Positions 36,130 through 49,349 of a DNA stretch of 64,000 nucleotides are shown piece after piece. The stretch lies in NCBI RefSeq assembly GCF_001194135.2, contig NC_068986.1:6825682-6889681 (forward strand), written 5' to 3'. This DNA is from Octopus bimaculoides. Taxonomy: Eukaryota. The notes under the pieces are model-generated. The model was not told the DNA's origin. It did no database searches and was given only the letters and a program-made list of their open reading frames with translations. The position numbers were made by a program, and so were the translations under genes. Position 1 is the stretch's first letter; every line of letters starts with the position of its first letter.

Positions 36130-37265
36130 AGCATTATCATTAATATCAAACTGTAACTCCAGCTGCTGTAGCCAACTTATTGAGTTTCTTTAGAAATTCA
36201 CTTGAATTGCTGATGGTGGCTCATGAGTGGATGTTATCTATCTAGGCTTTGCTGAAATCTTCAGTTCTATATCACACAAATGACACATGGAAAACTCTCT
36301 GCAATGGGTATGAAAGCTAATCTCTATAACTGGCTGAAGTCCTTCAGTCTTGGTCAAAAAGAGGCAGTTATGGTTCTAGGACATCATTCTTCACCCTATG
36401 AGATGGTGTACCACAGGGATCCATTCTTGGACCCCTACTGTTTGTTGCATATACTAATGACATAGATGCTAACTTGAAGAATGTTACAGTGTTGAATTAT
36501 GTAGATAACATCAAGCAGTACCTTGCAATAAAATGAATAGATCCTATGTGCTATAGATCTTTCCAGCAATCAGACCTGGACACAATGCAGCAATGGATCT
36601 CTGACTTGCAACTCAAGCTAACTGTGGACAAGTGCATCTCTCAACAACACCAATCTCAAGAAGTCTGTCAGTGAATGTAACATGGATATAATTGTAAACA
36701 GCAATCCGTGTTGGAAAAACCACATCTCCAAGATTGTCAAGGAGGCTGAGGGCGTCCTGGCATCACTCAGTAAGACCTTTGTCTCTCCAACTATCGATTT
36801 AAAGCTGTATATGACTATGGTATGTCCACTCTTAGAACTTGCATCACCAGTCTGGAACCCCTATCTTGCTCAGCATATAAATCCCCTGGAAACTCTTCAG
36901 AAACGTGCAACAAATCGAATACTTGCCGTCAGGCATCTACCATAGTCCAAATGTCTCGCTTCCCTGGGAATGGGCACACTGAATCTCAGATGTCTGGCGA
37001 CTGACTTGGTTGATACCCACAAGATTATCCATCATCTTTCCAACAACAACCTTGGGCACCTTCTTGAATTCCATATGACAAACACTCGTGGACATGCTTA
37101 CACAGTCAAGAAAAAAAACAAAAACAACACAGCACCTATGACTTTTGTAAACATTTCTCCATGTTCAGAATTGTTGAAGTATGGAATAAACTACCTGCTC
37201 TCAAGACACTGCATCTTTCAAAACTTCCATGCCTCTTGAAATCCATGGACAGTTCACCTGATGCT
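36130..37265 (+). mobile_element. CR1-type LINE RT and 3' remnant
   Basis: QGSILGPLLFVAYTNDI-like segment, DIIVNSNPCWKNHI...CPLLELASPVWNPY...LETLQKRATN motifs. Confidence 0.85.
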
Positions 37266-37787
37266 ACCTTTTTTTTTTTAAGTTGTGGTACACCTCAGCA
37301 CTGTATGCAACAATTTCATTATTCTATTATATAGACACAAATGATGGTTTGTTGATAGAAATAGAAGCATTACATTGGTAAAAGATCAAACATCAACTTC
37401 AGGCGAAGTAGATATAGGATCACTTAATCTCTCACAAGACTGTAGGGTGTGATTTGAGGAAATTTTGTTGCTTTTTCTGGCAACTTGCAGCTACAGTCTT
37501 GTAGAAACTGTTTTGTAAACTGTGTTGATAACTAATGGAAGATAAATTCAGACTGAGTGATCACAAAATCTTTGGTCTGATCAAGAAAATGGAATTTCTT
37601 AATTTGTATTAGGTTAAGTATAACATCATAAGAAAAACCACTAAATGGAGGAATGTATAAAGAAATATGTATTCATCAAATGCAATCAGCCAGGTTTATT
37701 TCTACTTTTCAATTACAGGTATGTTTAAGCCAAATATAGGAAGCATTTCTAGCAAATTCCAATTGAAGACAAGATGGATGTACTTAC

Positions 37788-37921
37788 TGATTTTTTCATT
37801 CCTTCACTAGTAGTTTTATATTCTTCACTGGATTTGTCAGCCAGTTTTTCTGCCATTTGTGTTTGCGTTATACCTCGCAGATTAATTGACATGAATCCAG
37901 AAAATTTGTTTTTGTTGGCAA
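37788..37921 (-). CDS. Exon 8: N-terminal part of SEA-like domain (LANKNKFSGFMSINL...KLADKSSEEYKTTSEGMKKS)
   Basis: ttttctgtattacag acceptor, TCA|gtaagt donor; phase 1 to 0; F-x-G...L-x-D-x-x-S-x-E-Y SEA signature. Confidence 0.88.
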
Positions 37922-38059
37922 CTGTAATACAGAAAATATAAACCTGACTAGATACTTCCAAAATGTACCAACATTGGTAGAAGAGTATAAAATCCAAAGA
38001 ATACTCAAACTATATTTAATTAAATATATAGACAAAAGAAACAGGCTTGGAAGGACTAG

Positions 38060-38692
38060 AAGAACAGTGGTAGTAGGGAATTGTATCAAACTGCCAGAAG
38101 GGAAGCTAGGCGACAGGTTTATTTAGCCAGAGGTGAAGCAGATAAGAAAAAATTTGCCAGTGTTCTGAGCTGTGAGGACCAAAGACTTGAGGTATTTCGT
38201 GTTGCAAGACAGTGTGTGAGAGAGAATCGTGATGTTGTGGGAGAGAAATGTGTTTGCATGGATGATGGTACACTTGCCCTAAACGTGGCTGCAAAGAGAG
38301 AGGTTTGGAGACGCCACTACGAAAGGTTGCTCAATAAAGAGAATGAATGGGAGAAAGAGAGTCTGCCGAATGTTGACCCAACAGAGGGACCAGCTATCTG
38401 AATTGACAGTACCATGGTAGATAAAGCAATTAAGACTATGAAGACAGGGAAAGCCCCCGGCCCATCAGGAATCACTGCAGAGATGCTCAAGATATCTGGC
38501 AGTGTCGGCTATAGCCTAGTCACCCATATTGTTAACCAGGTGATACACGAAAGAGTCATATCCAACAACTGGTTTAGCAGCACCATAGTCAACTGCTACA
38601 AAGGTAAAGGTGATGCTTTAGATATAAATCATTACAGAGGTATCAAGTTGTTAGATCAGGTAATGAAAGTCACGGAGAGAGTCATAATGTAG
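38060..38692 (+). mobile_element. RTE LINE fragment
   Basis: WRRHYERLLNKENEW, KAPGPSGITAEMLK, YRGIKLLDQVMK. Confidence 0.9.
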
Positions 38693-39794
38693 TTTATGAA
38701 GTGCTCAGACAGTCTGCAACTTGTTGTTGATGGTTTCTGCTATCTAAATGCATTTTAGTACTACAGGAGAATGTAATGACAGTATGGTACAGAAAAGGTT
38801 GGAAACAGTTCATGAAATTAACCATCTGTGGCCAACAAATGGTTTTTATCACTATACGAAGGTAGACTGTAAAAGCATATAGAAAGAGTGTTCCATGCTA
38901 GTGATGGTCATTAATACAAAAGCCTGGAGGGACATGAGCTGCATATGAGGCTTTGTTAATATTAACTTGTGTTGGAGGTAAAGCACAAATGAGCTAGGGA
39001 GTGACTGGATATCAATAAAAGCGTATCTATAAATCAACTACATTGGTTATGTATACATGATACAAATTAAGGATAAATACTGGGTGAAATGTGTCCATAT
39101 AAAAAGGAGAAACCAAGTGAAAACATGAAAGTAGTTAGTAGGGTGAATATCAAAATATTAGACCTGAAAGATGATGTGCAGGATTGAAATGAATGGTGAT
39201 TTTGTGTACCATAGATTCAGCCAGTTTATGTCAACAGATAAAATAGATGTGAAAATGATAGTAATGATGAAAATACAGTTATGATTGCAATGATTCTAAT
39301 AATCTAAACAGATGGAGGTTATAATTTCTTGATGAAAAATAAGTAAAAAGGGCTTATTAAAATCTCTTGGCAATGCAAGAAAAGGGTTGGACTAATTCCA
39401 GGCAACTCAACAGCAAATCAGGGTTTCAAAAACATTAAATACCAAACTTACAATAGTTTATCTTTACTAATTCCTATTATGAACTTACATTTATTTGCTC
39501 AGTTGTATAGCTCTCATTGTTTTTGTTTTTGCCAATTAGTGAGGGAGAGAAAGAAAGTGCCTATGACACCTGGTGGGGGAGAGGGGAGAAGTTATCTTCA
39601 AATCAGAGGTCTGGCTTGAATGCTTGCAACAGGATGGCCTCTGCTAGAGATACTCAAGGTTCATGTAGCAGTTGACTTAATCTGTCATAAACTGGATGAT
39701 GGATTAAGTCAACCACTTAACAAATATGCACAAAGCACAGCGTGCACAAATCCTAGCTTATAGAAACCTATAAATACACATACAGGTATATTGT

Positions 39795-40170
39795 GGCACT
39801 CCTTTGGTTATGACGACGAGGGTACTAGTTGATCTGATCAATGGAACAGCCTGCTCGTGAAATTAATGTGCAAGTGGCTGAGCACTCCACAGACACGTAA
39901 TTCCAAGGGAGATTCAGCATGACACAGAGTGTGACAAGGTTGACCCTTTGAAATACAGGTACAACAGAAACAGGAAGAAAGAGTGAGAGAAAGTTGTGGT
40001 GAAAGAGTACAGCAGGGTTTGTCACTCCCACCCTCTGCCAGAGCTTCGTCGAGCTTTAGATGGTTTTTCTCAATGAACACTCATAATGCCCGGTCTGGGA
40101 ATTGAAACCACGATCATATGACCATGAGCCTGCTGTCCTAACCATTGGGCCATTGTGCCTCCACAACATA
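39795..40170 (-). mobile_element. Family D tRNA-derived SINE
   Basis: Head GTGGAGGCACAATGGCCCAATGGTTAGG...GGTTTCAATTCC on the minus strand; body shared with 48160-48440. Confidence 0.85.
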
Positions 40171-40265
40171 CAGGTGTACAAACAAATATTCAAAGCCCTA
40201 CATGCATATACAGTTACACATATGTAAAGTAAATAAAATATGCAAAGCAAATTCAAAATACTTAC

Positions 40266-40391
40266 GAACTTCACAAGTACCATTATCTGAGACATATCCT
40301 GTCTTACATTTACACTGAAAACTTCCAAGTACATTGAAACAATATTGACCAAAACCAGAACATTTAGATGGCATAGTGCATTCATTGATAT
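40266..40391 (-). CDS. Exon 7: calcium-binding EGF 4 (DINECTMPSKCSGFGQYCFNVLGSFQCKCKTGYVSDNGTCEV)
   Basis: tctctcttag acceptor, C|gtaagt donor; 126 nt, phase 1-1; D-x-N-E-C and C-x-N-x-x-G-S-F-x-C cbEGF consensus. Confidence 0.93.
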
Positions 40392-40473
40392 CTAAGAGAG
40401 AAGAAAAAATGCATATATAATAACAAAATAAATATTATGATATAAATTTTGCTTCTCAAACAATTGTACATGT

Positions 40474-41030
40474 ATTGGGTCATCCCATAAATAATGCAGT
40501 TTTTTCAGTTGCATTAACTAAAAGTCGAAGGGGGACAAGATAAACTACCTGCATCAACTTGCTATAAAAGCAGGTAGTAATTTTACCTTGTTCTTATTCT
40601 TAGTGCAAGTTTTGAAGAGTGGTGTTCGATTTTAACAGTTATTTTTCAAAGCTATAGTAGAAGTAACAAAGGAGTATATTTGGCATATTTTGTTTTAGGA
40701 GTTCAATAAAGACAACGACGCAACAGAAAGAGTGAGGAATATTAATGCAGTATATGGGGATTGGACAATAAGCGTAAGCCAGTGTCAATGGTGGTTCCAG
40801 AAATTCCAAACCAGAAACTACAGCCTAGAAGAACCTCATTCTAGAAGAACTGTAGAGCTCGATGAGCAAACACTGGTGGAACAAAATCCCATCGTTGAAA
40901 AACTAGCATAGAAGCTTGGATTTGGTCTTTTAACCAGTCATTCAAGTCAACACTAGAAGAAAATGATCATTTTTGGTTTCAAGATGAAAGGTGTTCTTCC
41001 ATCTGGATAATGCTCGGCCATTTATAGTGA
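40474..41030 (+). mobile_element. Mariner-like element fragment, internally deleted
   Basis: TATTGGGT terminus; QCQWWFQKF...SLEEPHSRR HTH region and HLDNARP remnant. Confidence 0.65.
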
Positions 41031-41271
41031 GGATGTATTTATATATTATTGAAATTTCTATCTGTAGCTCATAGTGCACCAACAGATACCTGGTTAGCAA
41101 GAGTTTATTGGCTTTTTAAACGAAGATATTCTATTAATTTGAACTATTCTGAACACTATCTTCTTGATGTTTCATTTACATGTATACTAATACAATTTTC
41201 TGTGTTACTAGACATGTTTCCTAGACTGCTTCTTTCCTTAAATTGTTCATTTGTGTTTAAATTTCACAGGA

Positions 41272-41488
41272 GTGGCTGTGTGATAAGTGGCTTGCTTATC
41301 AACGACATGGTCCTGGGTTCAGTCCCACTGCATGGCAGCTTGGGCTGACCAAAGCCTTGTGAGTAGATTTGGTAGATAGAAACTGAAANNNNNNNNNNNN
41401 NNNNNNNNNNNNNNNNNNNNNNNNNNNNNNNNNNNNNNNNNNNNNNNNNNNNNNNNNNNNNNNNNNNNNNNNNNNNNNNNNNNNNNNN

Positions 41489-41524
<36 letters not shown>

Positions 41525-41730
41525 GTATATATTTGTGTGTCTGTGTTTGTCCCCCCACTATCACTTGACAACTGATGTCGGTGTGTTTATGTCCCCTGTA
41601 ATTTAACAGTTCGGCAAAAGAAACCGATAGAGTAAGTACTAGGCTTACAAAGAATAAGGGGTTGATTTGTTTGACTAATGGTGGTGCTCCAGCATGGCCG
41701 CAGTCAAATGACTGAAATAAATAAAAGAAT
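41272..41730 (+). mobile_element. Family B tRNA-derived SINE (contains gap)
   Basis: GGAGTGGCTGTGTG...GGGTTCAGTCCC head; 3' GGTGCTCCAGCATGGCCGCAGTCAAATGACTGAAA. Confidence 0.88.
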
Positions 41731-42559
41731 ATCTCTACCCGTCAATCAGGAATAGAACCATTTTCTCAATGTACATCATTCTCTTCTCATTTCTAAGAAC
41801 ACTTATTAGTATTTTCTCATTTCCTACAGGTGTGTTTTCAGTCGTTGCCATTGTCCTCCTCTCCTCCCTTCCTCACCACCACCACCAGGACAGTCCATAT
41901 GAATAATTCATATCTTCTTTGGGTAGTTATTCTCTCAACCTGTATTTCTTCTCATTCCGTTATTTCTGTCATTTCTCCTTGCATGTTAGTAATGAAACAG
42001 GTTTTACTGAAATCTCAACTATCAATGGGTTATTTTTATCTAAGTCACCCCAACCACCAAACTTTTTATAATAAATTTGGAGGAACAATCAACTCTGATT
42101 TCAAATTTTGGCACAAGGTCAGCAAGTTCAGGGGAGGTGGTCCTCCCCTGAACATTGACCCACACCACCCCAGTGTTCAAATTGGTAATTATTTTATCAA
42201 TTGTGAAAAGATGAAAGCCTGTTTTTTATTTTAGTTTGTTTGTAAAAAGTACTTTCCATTACTTTCCACTACTGTAATGGAAGGCATACATTTTCAGTTC
42301 CTAATCGGAACAACTTCCTTCATTTATATTACTGGACATAAAACTCTGACAATAATATACAAAAAAGATGAAAATGATTTACACAATAAACACAAAGCTA
42401 TTGCATCTTTCATTCATTTGAGATGCATATTGCAAATATTGATTCATTATGTTAAGTGAATCTCTTTCAATTCATGTGGAATCCAAATGTTGAGCTTCTT
42501 AATGAGTCAAAGACATTTGAAGTGATTTTCAATTTAATATCTCAGCAATCTCTTGCACC

Positions 42560-42992
42560 ATTATATGACAATCAGATTCAATTATGGCTTTGATTCAGTC
42601 ATCATCAACTTCAGTAGGTCAACCAGAACGTTGGTCATCTTTCAGAGAAAAATCTCCAGAATGGAATTTTTTAAACTATTTCTGACATGTGCGTTCTGTT
42701 AAGCAATCAACACCATAAACTTCACATATTTCTTTGTGGGCCTTAGCAGCTTTCTTGCCTTCATGGAAATAAAAAAAGTAAAATGTGACAAAAATGTTCG
42801 TTTTTGCACTCCATGTTAAAATTGACACTGAGCTAACAGCTGTAAACAAAATTACATGCAATTTGCTTCTAAAGTAAGCTAAAAGCAATGGGTATCAAAT
42901 GTCAAAAGGAAACAAATTATAACATTGACAAAAATCATTCAAAAAAATTGTAACTCTGTGAAAAACGAAATTACTTTCTTACCAACCCAATA
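42560..42992 (-). mobile_element. Mariner-like element 5' fragment
   Basis: TATTGGGTTGGTAAGAAAGTAA terminus; EGKKAAKAHKEICEVYGVDCLTERTCQK HTH motif. Confidence 0.8.
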
Positions 42993-43576
42993 TATAATGA
43001 TTAGTAAAATTGTCTTTTGAATGGCAAAAATGCAGAACATACTATGTAGATTGTCAATGAAACAGGTATCGATGTATTGAAATAGTTAAAGAAGTCAGTG
43101 CTGACAGTGAGTTAGATCCCTATTTTCATGAACATAAAACAACTCAAACACTAGCTAATTAAATTATCAGAAAAAAATTCTTACAGATTATTCAAGTTGT
43201 GTAAAAATGAAGCAAACCTAACTGAGATTTCCAGTTATTGAGCTTCGATTAGATTTGAGAAAATGTAATAAGAATGAAGCATTGGTTGTATGAGGAAAAG
43301 TAGAAGTAATCTAAGAGAAGGGCATGTCATTGCAGATATGAACTGGCAAGAGAGATGAGTGAGTTAGATAAATATGTTATAAAGTAATGAAGGCTAAAAG
43401 AAACTCAGATCTTAAGATGAGGGATCTTATAAAAGGGGCCGAGATAATTGATAATAGCAGACCTATCCCACCTAACCTAGTAATTAAGCTAAGCTATTTT
43501 ATTTTATTTTCAGCTTGTGTGTGTGTGTGTGTGTGTGAGTGAGTATATATATATATATATATATATGTATACATAT

Positions 43577-44125
43577 CATTATCGTTTAACGTCTGCTTTC
43601 CATGCTAGCATGGGTTGCATGATTTGACTGAGGACTGGCGAACCAGATGGCTGCACCAGGCTCCAATCTGATCTGGCAGAGTTTCTACAGCTGGATGCCC
43701 TTCCTAACGCCAACCACTCCGAGAGTGTAGTGGGTGTTTTTATGTGCCATCAACACGAGGGCCAGTCAGGCGGTACTGGCAACGGCCACGCACAAATGGT
43801 GTTTTTTACGTGCCACCTGCACAGGAGCCAGTCCAGTGGCACTGGCAATGACCTTGCTCAAATGTTCTTTTCACGTGCCACCGGCATGGAAACCAGACAG
43901 CTGCTCTGGCAATGATCACACTCGGACGGTGTTGTTAGTGCTCCACTGGCACGGGTGCCAGTCATTGAATTTGGTTCAATTACGATTTCGATTTCACTTG
44001 CCCCAACAGGTCTTCGCAAGCAGAGTTTAGTGTCCAATGAAGTAAAGGTACGAATAAGTGGGCTGGCTACACCCCTGGCAGAGGCCACGGATTATGGTCT
44101 CCCTTGGCTTGCCGGGTCTTCTCAT
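43577..44125 (-). mobile_element. Family A SINE-like repeat, long copy
   Basis: Tail, core and extended 5' part shared with 60503-60900. Confidence 0.85.
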
Positions 44126-44129
44126 GCAC

Positions 44130-44600
44130 AGCATATTTCCAAAGGTTTCGGTCATTAGTCATTGCCTCGGTGAGGCCTGATGTTCGAAGGTCATGCTTCA
44201 CCACCTCATGTCAGGTCTACTTCTTCCACAGGTTCCCTCAACCGCTAGGCTGTGGCACTTTTTTACACAGCTATCCTCATCCATTCTCGCCACATGACCA
44301 TACCAGCGCAATCGTCTCTCTTGCACACCACAACTGATGCTTCTTAGGTCCAACTTTTCTCTCAAGGTACTTACATTCTGTTGAGTATGCACACTGACAT
44401 TACACATCCATCAGAGCATACTGGCTTCATTTCTTGCGAGCTTACGCATGTCATCAGCAGTCACAGACCATGTTTCACTGCCATGTAGCATGGCGGTTTG
44501 TACACATGCGTCATACAGTCTGCCTTTTACTCTGAGCGAGAGGCCCTTTGACACCAGTAGAGGTAAGAGCTCTCTGAACTTTTCCCAGGCTAGTGGTATT
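44130..44600 (-). mobile_element. RTE LINE C-terminal fragment directly adjoining family A repeat
   Basis: VQERRLRWYGHVARMDEDSCVKKCHSLAVEGTCGRSRP. Confidence 0.88.
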
Positions 44601-44972
44601 TATTATAACCCTAAATTTCTGTTAAAGTCACTAATGAAGGGTAATCAACGGTAATCCTGTAGCAATGGAATCAATTGTGTGCCCCATTTATTTTAATTGC
44701 AATATATAGAAAGAAAAGGGACAAGTTCGCATAAAATTTGTGCAAGCCATGTGACTGGTGGTTTTTAATTATTTAAACAAATCTACCATATTTGTTATAT
44801 ATTGCTTAGGAGTTCAAAACACGACAGCAAGTACACATATGACTGTGCATCATCATGGTGTATAACCATGGGAGAAATTATTGTTATATATATATGTGCA
44901 CATGTTTGCATAAATATTCATGGATAACAAAATAACAATTTGTGTGGTTTTATATGTGTATGCATGAGTGTA

Positions 44973-45560
44973 GCATCCATTTTCCATGTTGGCATGGGTT
45001 GGACAGCTTAACAGGATCTGACAAGATGAGGGCCTGCACCAGATTCCAGAGTCCGATTTGTTTTGGTTCCTACAGCTGGATGTCCTTCCTAATGCCAACC
45101 ACTTTACAGAGTGGACTGGATGCTTTTTACATGGCACCATCACCAATACTTTTTACAAGACACCTTACGATATCAATTCTGCTGTTGTGGGCGGGTATTC
45201 TTGTGTACAGTAATACACCACACATTTCTTATGTGTTAATCTCTATACCCTTCCGTATTTATCATCATAACCAACTTGCTACAGCCCTTTATGCATCTCT
45301 CTTTCTCCTCAGCTCTTACACCTTACCCATCATTCTACTCTCTTTCTTGAGCCTCTCTTACATCTCTCACCTTACTCCTCTACATAATGGTATTTCTCAT
45401 CATCTGCACCTCCACCCTTGTTCTTTACACATTACATCAACCCTTGTTCTTTACACATTACATCAACCCCCATCTGTCTACTCCTCATCACACTCTTATG
45501 AAAGCATCCACTCTGTCCTCCTCATATGCTCACCTTCTTGTTTCTTGTGAGTTTGCTTCA
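44973..45560 (-). mobile_element. Family A core followed by decayed RTE C-terminal sequence
   Basis: Shared core at 44973-45140; purine-rich minus frame similar to the RTE C-terminus. Confidence 0.6.
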
Positions 45561-46154
45561 GCACCCCATTGCTACCTTCCTCTTATTTCCTTCAGCTATA
45601 TATCTCCTCTGTAGCAAGACACCTGTGCTGGACCCTCTATCATACTCACGCTTGGCAGACAGCCATTCATCTCCACCTTCCCCTCCCAAATACTTCACAG
45701 TTGTGGGAGCTTTTTCCTCCCTTTCCATCCCTATTCTTTTCTGTACTGCAAGTTACATGGCAACCTTACTAGTAACCAGTGATATGAAAAAAAAGCACCT
45801 GGTACACTCTGTAAAGTGACTGGCATTAGGAAAGGTGTCTAGTCATTATAAAGTATGCCAGAGATGACATTGGAGCTCAATGTGGCCCTGCAACCCTGCA
45901 AAGAGATTATAACCCAAAAGTAGACACATACTGGTTTGACTTCAAAATAAAGAAAACAGGAGAATTTTGCCAAATGAAAATATAAGCAAAATTCATCAAG
46001 AATTGTATGATCATAAGCTCTCTTCAAAGCATATCCTTGAAAACTTTATTTTCTGAAATATCTTACATTCCACATTTTTAATCTGAAGAATTATTAGATA
46101 ATAGAAATGGCAGAGTTCAGCTCAAAGATGATTAAAGAAATAAGTAAAACTCAC

Positions 46155-46274
46155 CTTCACATGTTTTATTATCAGCAGCAAGTTTATAACCATTTTTACA
46201 AGAACAAACATAAGTATCCCCAATATTGTCTTTGCACTTCTGACTACAAACTCCTTTTGAACAGAAATCTTTAT
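46155..46274 (-). CDS. Exon 6: EGF-like 3 ([40 protein letters not shown]); not in ORF track
   Basis: ttctttattacag acceptor, G|gtgagt donor; 120 nt, phase 1-1; six Cys in EGF spacing. Confidence 0.92.
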
Positions 46275-46631
46275 CTGTAATAAAGAATAAAAACATTGGA
46301 AATTAATATTAAGTGAATTTTATTTGTTCAATTCCTGTCTTTTCAATTCCAAAAACATTTCTAAAATCAATTATTTCTAGAACCTTAACAATTAATCATA
46401 AAGATGAAGTTAGTAAAATTTTAACAATTCAGACAGCAGATGTTTTATTGTTTCTTGTTTAAGCTGTTGTGGATCTAATAATTTTCAATTAAGGTTCAAA
46501 TTAAAAAGGGCAAGAAGTCTCTAGGAATGTTCTCTATCATCCATAGTGTCAGTGCTAGAAGCCAACTCAGTAGCATATTTACATCTAACTTTATCATTTG
46601 TATTGTTGTTTATTACTAAATTTCAATTGTA

Positions 46632-47879
46632 TTGGGTTCGCAACTAAGTTCCCGCTGTTTTTTTAAATTTTGGAATCTATTTTTTACAAGAATTCTATTT
46701 TTGAATCATTTCAGAATCTATTTTGTTTTTTTGTTTTTTTCTAGTTAATTTTAGTTAATTTTTGTTTGTTTTCAGATCATTAAAATGGAATGTCAAGTTA
46801 AGAAAAACGAGCATTTTCGATACTCCTCCTTTTTGCTTTTAATCAAAGTTCTAAGATCGCAAAAGCTGCTCGCGATATTTATGCTGTGTATGGAGAGGGT
46901 GCCATAGCTGAAAGAACCGCTCGTGATTGGTATGCCAAGTTCAAAAATAGAAATTTTGACCTCAAAGATGCACCTCTTTCTGGCTGTCCAGTTGAGTTTG
47001 ATGAAGAGTGATTAAACCAAATTTTGCATGAAAATTCTCGTCAAACGACAAGGGAACTGGCAGAGAAAATGGAATGTTCCCACACTGCTATAGAGAAGCA
47101 TCTTCACTTGAGGGAAAGGTTCAGAAGTATGGAGCATGAGTTCCGCATGCTTTAGGTGACAACAAAAGTCAACGAGCCACAATCTCCGCTAGTTTGCTTG
47201 CTCGTCACCGCTCAACTCATGGACACAAGCAACAATTTCTTTACTAAATCATTACTGGTGACGAAAAATGGTGCCTGTACATCAATATGAAGCAGCATAA
47301 GGAATGGCTTAGCCCTGGTAAACAAGTGACACCAAGCAATGAGACAAGATCTTCATCCATGTAAAACAATGTTGTGCGTATGGTGGGACTGGGAAGGGAT
47401 TATCCATTACAAATTGCTTGAACGGAACCAAACAGTCAACATGGAACTCTATGTTCAACAGATGGAATGACTCAACACGGCTATTCAAGAAAAAAGACCT
47501 AATCGTCAACATGGTGTTCTTCTGCTGCATGACAACGCCTGCCCTCATATTGCCAATATGACCAAGGAAGCCATTCAAATGCATGGCTGGGAAGTGCTGC
47601 CACACCTGCCGTACTTTCCTGATTTGGCACCAATGGATTTCCACCTCTTTCGATCTCTTTCAAAAGCTATGTGTGGAATTCCCTTCAATATTGATGCAGA
47701 ATTGGATCAATTTTTTGAGTCGAAATTAGGTGATTTCTATCAATGAGGTATTGAACGTCAGGAGGAAGTTGTAAACAACAAGGGTGACTACATTATTGAT
47801 TAATTAGTTGTTATTTTTTATTAAACCTTTTAAAAAATTTAAATTTTAAAAAAAGGCAGGAACTTAGTTGCCAACATAA
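46632..47879 (+). mobile_element. Full-length (1248 bp) defective DD34D mariner
   Basis: TA duplication both sides; TIRs TT(GG/AT)GTT(C/G)GCAACTAAGTTCC; TGDEKW, KTMLCVWW, HDNA and PYFPDLAPMD with exactly 34 aa between the 2nd and 3rd catalytic Asp; stops and frameshifts. Confidence 0.93.
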
Positions 47880-48159
47880 TATATTTTCAGTCAAACTTAA
47901 AGGGCAATATTTGTATGTACATGTATACATGTAGTCTTAAAATGACTTTTAGAAATATTTACCTCATATCAGTGAGTTGGTAGAGGAAGGAAGAGCTTTC
48001 AAAATTTATTCATCTGAATTATGTTAGATAATGTATTTCTTTTTGCATTTCAAACCCTTGTGAACATCAATCACTGATTATGACTATTGTGACAATTACA
48101 CTGGTTCACATTCTATCTCTATGATCTCACTAGTTTTGTCAGTCACATAGCTTATGGAT

Positions 48160-48440
48160 TAGAGGGGAGTTTGATTCCCAGTGGTATGTCGTGTCCTTGA
48201 GCAAGACACTTTATTTCACATTGCTTCAGTTCACTCAGCTGGCAAAACTTGAGTTGTACCTGTAATTCCAAAGGGGCCAGCCCTGCCACTTTCTGTGTCA
48301 TGCTGAATCTCCCTGAGAACTACATTAAGGGTACACGTTTCTGATGTATTCAGCCACTTTCACATTAATTTCACAAGCATGCTGTCTGATTGATCAGATC
48401 AAGTGGAAGCCTTGTTGTTGTAACTGATGGAGTTCCAGTT
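48160..48440 (+). mobile_element. Family D SINE
   Basis: GTGTCCTTGAGCAAGACACTTTATTTCAC...GCTGAATCTCCCTGAGAACTAC shared with 39795-40170. Confidence 0.8.
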
Positions 48441-49076
48441 AATACAATCAGCCAATCTCCATTGCTTTAATGTTTGTGAAGAGAACTAATTCCATGACTA
48501 TGAATATTTTACAAAATATCAGCTGAGATTTTAGAAATAAAAGATATTGGATATAATAATGACCAAATCAAGAAAATAAGAAACAGACCCATTGGCTGGT
48601 CTTAAACTATGCATCTCTTGTTTGTTGGGTTGTTGCTTTAAAGGTTATATACAACAACAAAGTGCTGGCCATGAAGTAGTAGACTAAGCTATCATGTAAA
48701 TGGCAACTGGGATATAAATTAATAGAGAGAAAAAAAACCCCAACATTTACAGAACCTAATTTGAAAAGATGGACTGGCATGCACTCTATAATCAATATGT
48801 AGTCACATAACAATCAGTAGGTACATGGATCAAATTCCATTGGTGGATCACTTTTCCTTAGTCTGATACCAGAGTTTATAATATGTCTAATACCAGTGTG
48901 AAGAAATATTAGGAAATATTGGTTTACAGTCCAGTTTTTTAATATTGTTCAACAATGTTGACATAATTCAAACTTTGCTTGCATGCATGAAAATATTTGA
49001 ACTGTAAGAAATTATAAACTTCTTTCTTTATGTCTTTATCATACACTCAGAAAAAAAGATGAATAAAGTGACTTGC

Positions 49077-49262
49077 CATAACAAACCCGGCCATTTCCAC
49101 TCAAGCCTGTTGGACAAGATCCACACATATCCTTTTCTCCGAGTGAAGAATTACAACTAACTCCATGATAGCAAGGTTTAGTGGTGCACATGTCGATCAT
49201 AGCTTTGCAGTTTTCTCCAGTGTAACCTTCATCGCATGTACAACGCAGGCCGTAGAAACGTT
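49077..49262 (-). CDS. Exon 5: end of EGF-like 1 and EGF-like 2 (RFYGLRCTCDEGYTGENC...CTTKPCYHGVSC...CGSCPTGLSGNGRVCY); GC donor
   Basis: tttgtttttag acceptor; 186 nt, phase 1-1 ending TAT G|GCAAGT; Cys spacing of EGF repeats. Confidence 0.9.
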
Positions 49263-49349
49263 CTAAAAACAAAACATAGTTATATGTACACAAAACTGAA
49301 AAATAAATAGATCAACACAAAATCATACATATATGAAAAAACAGAAAAA

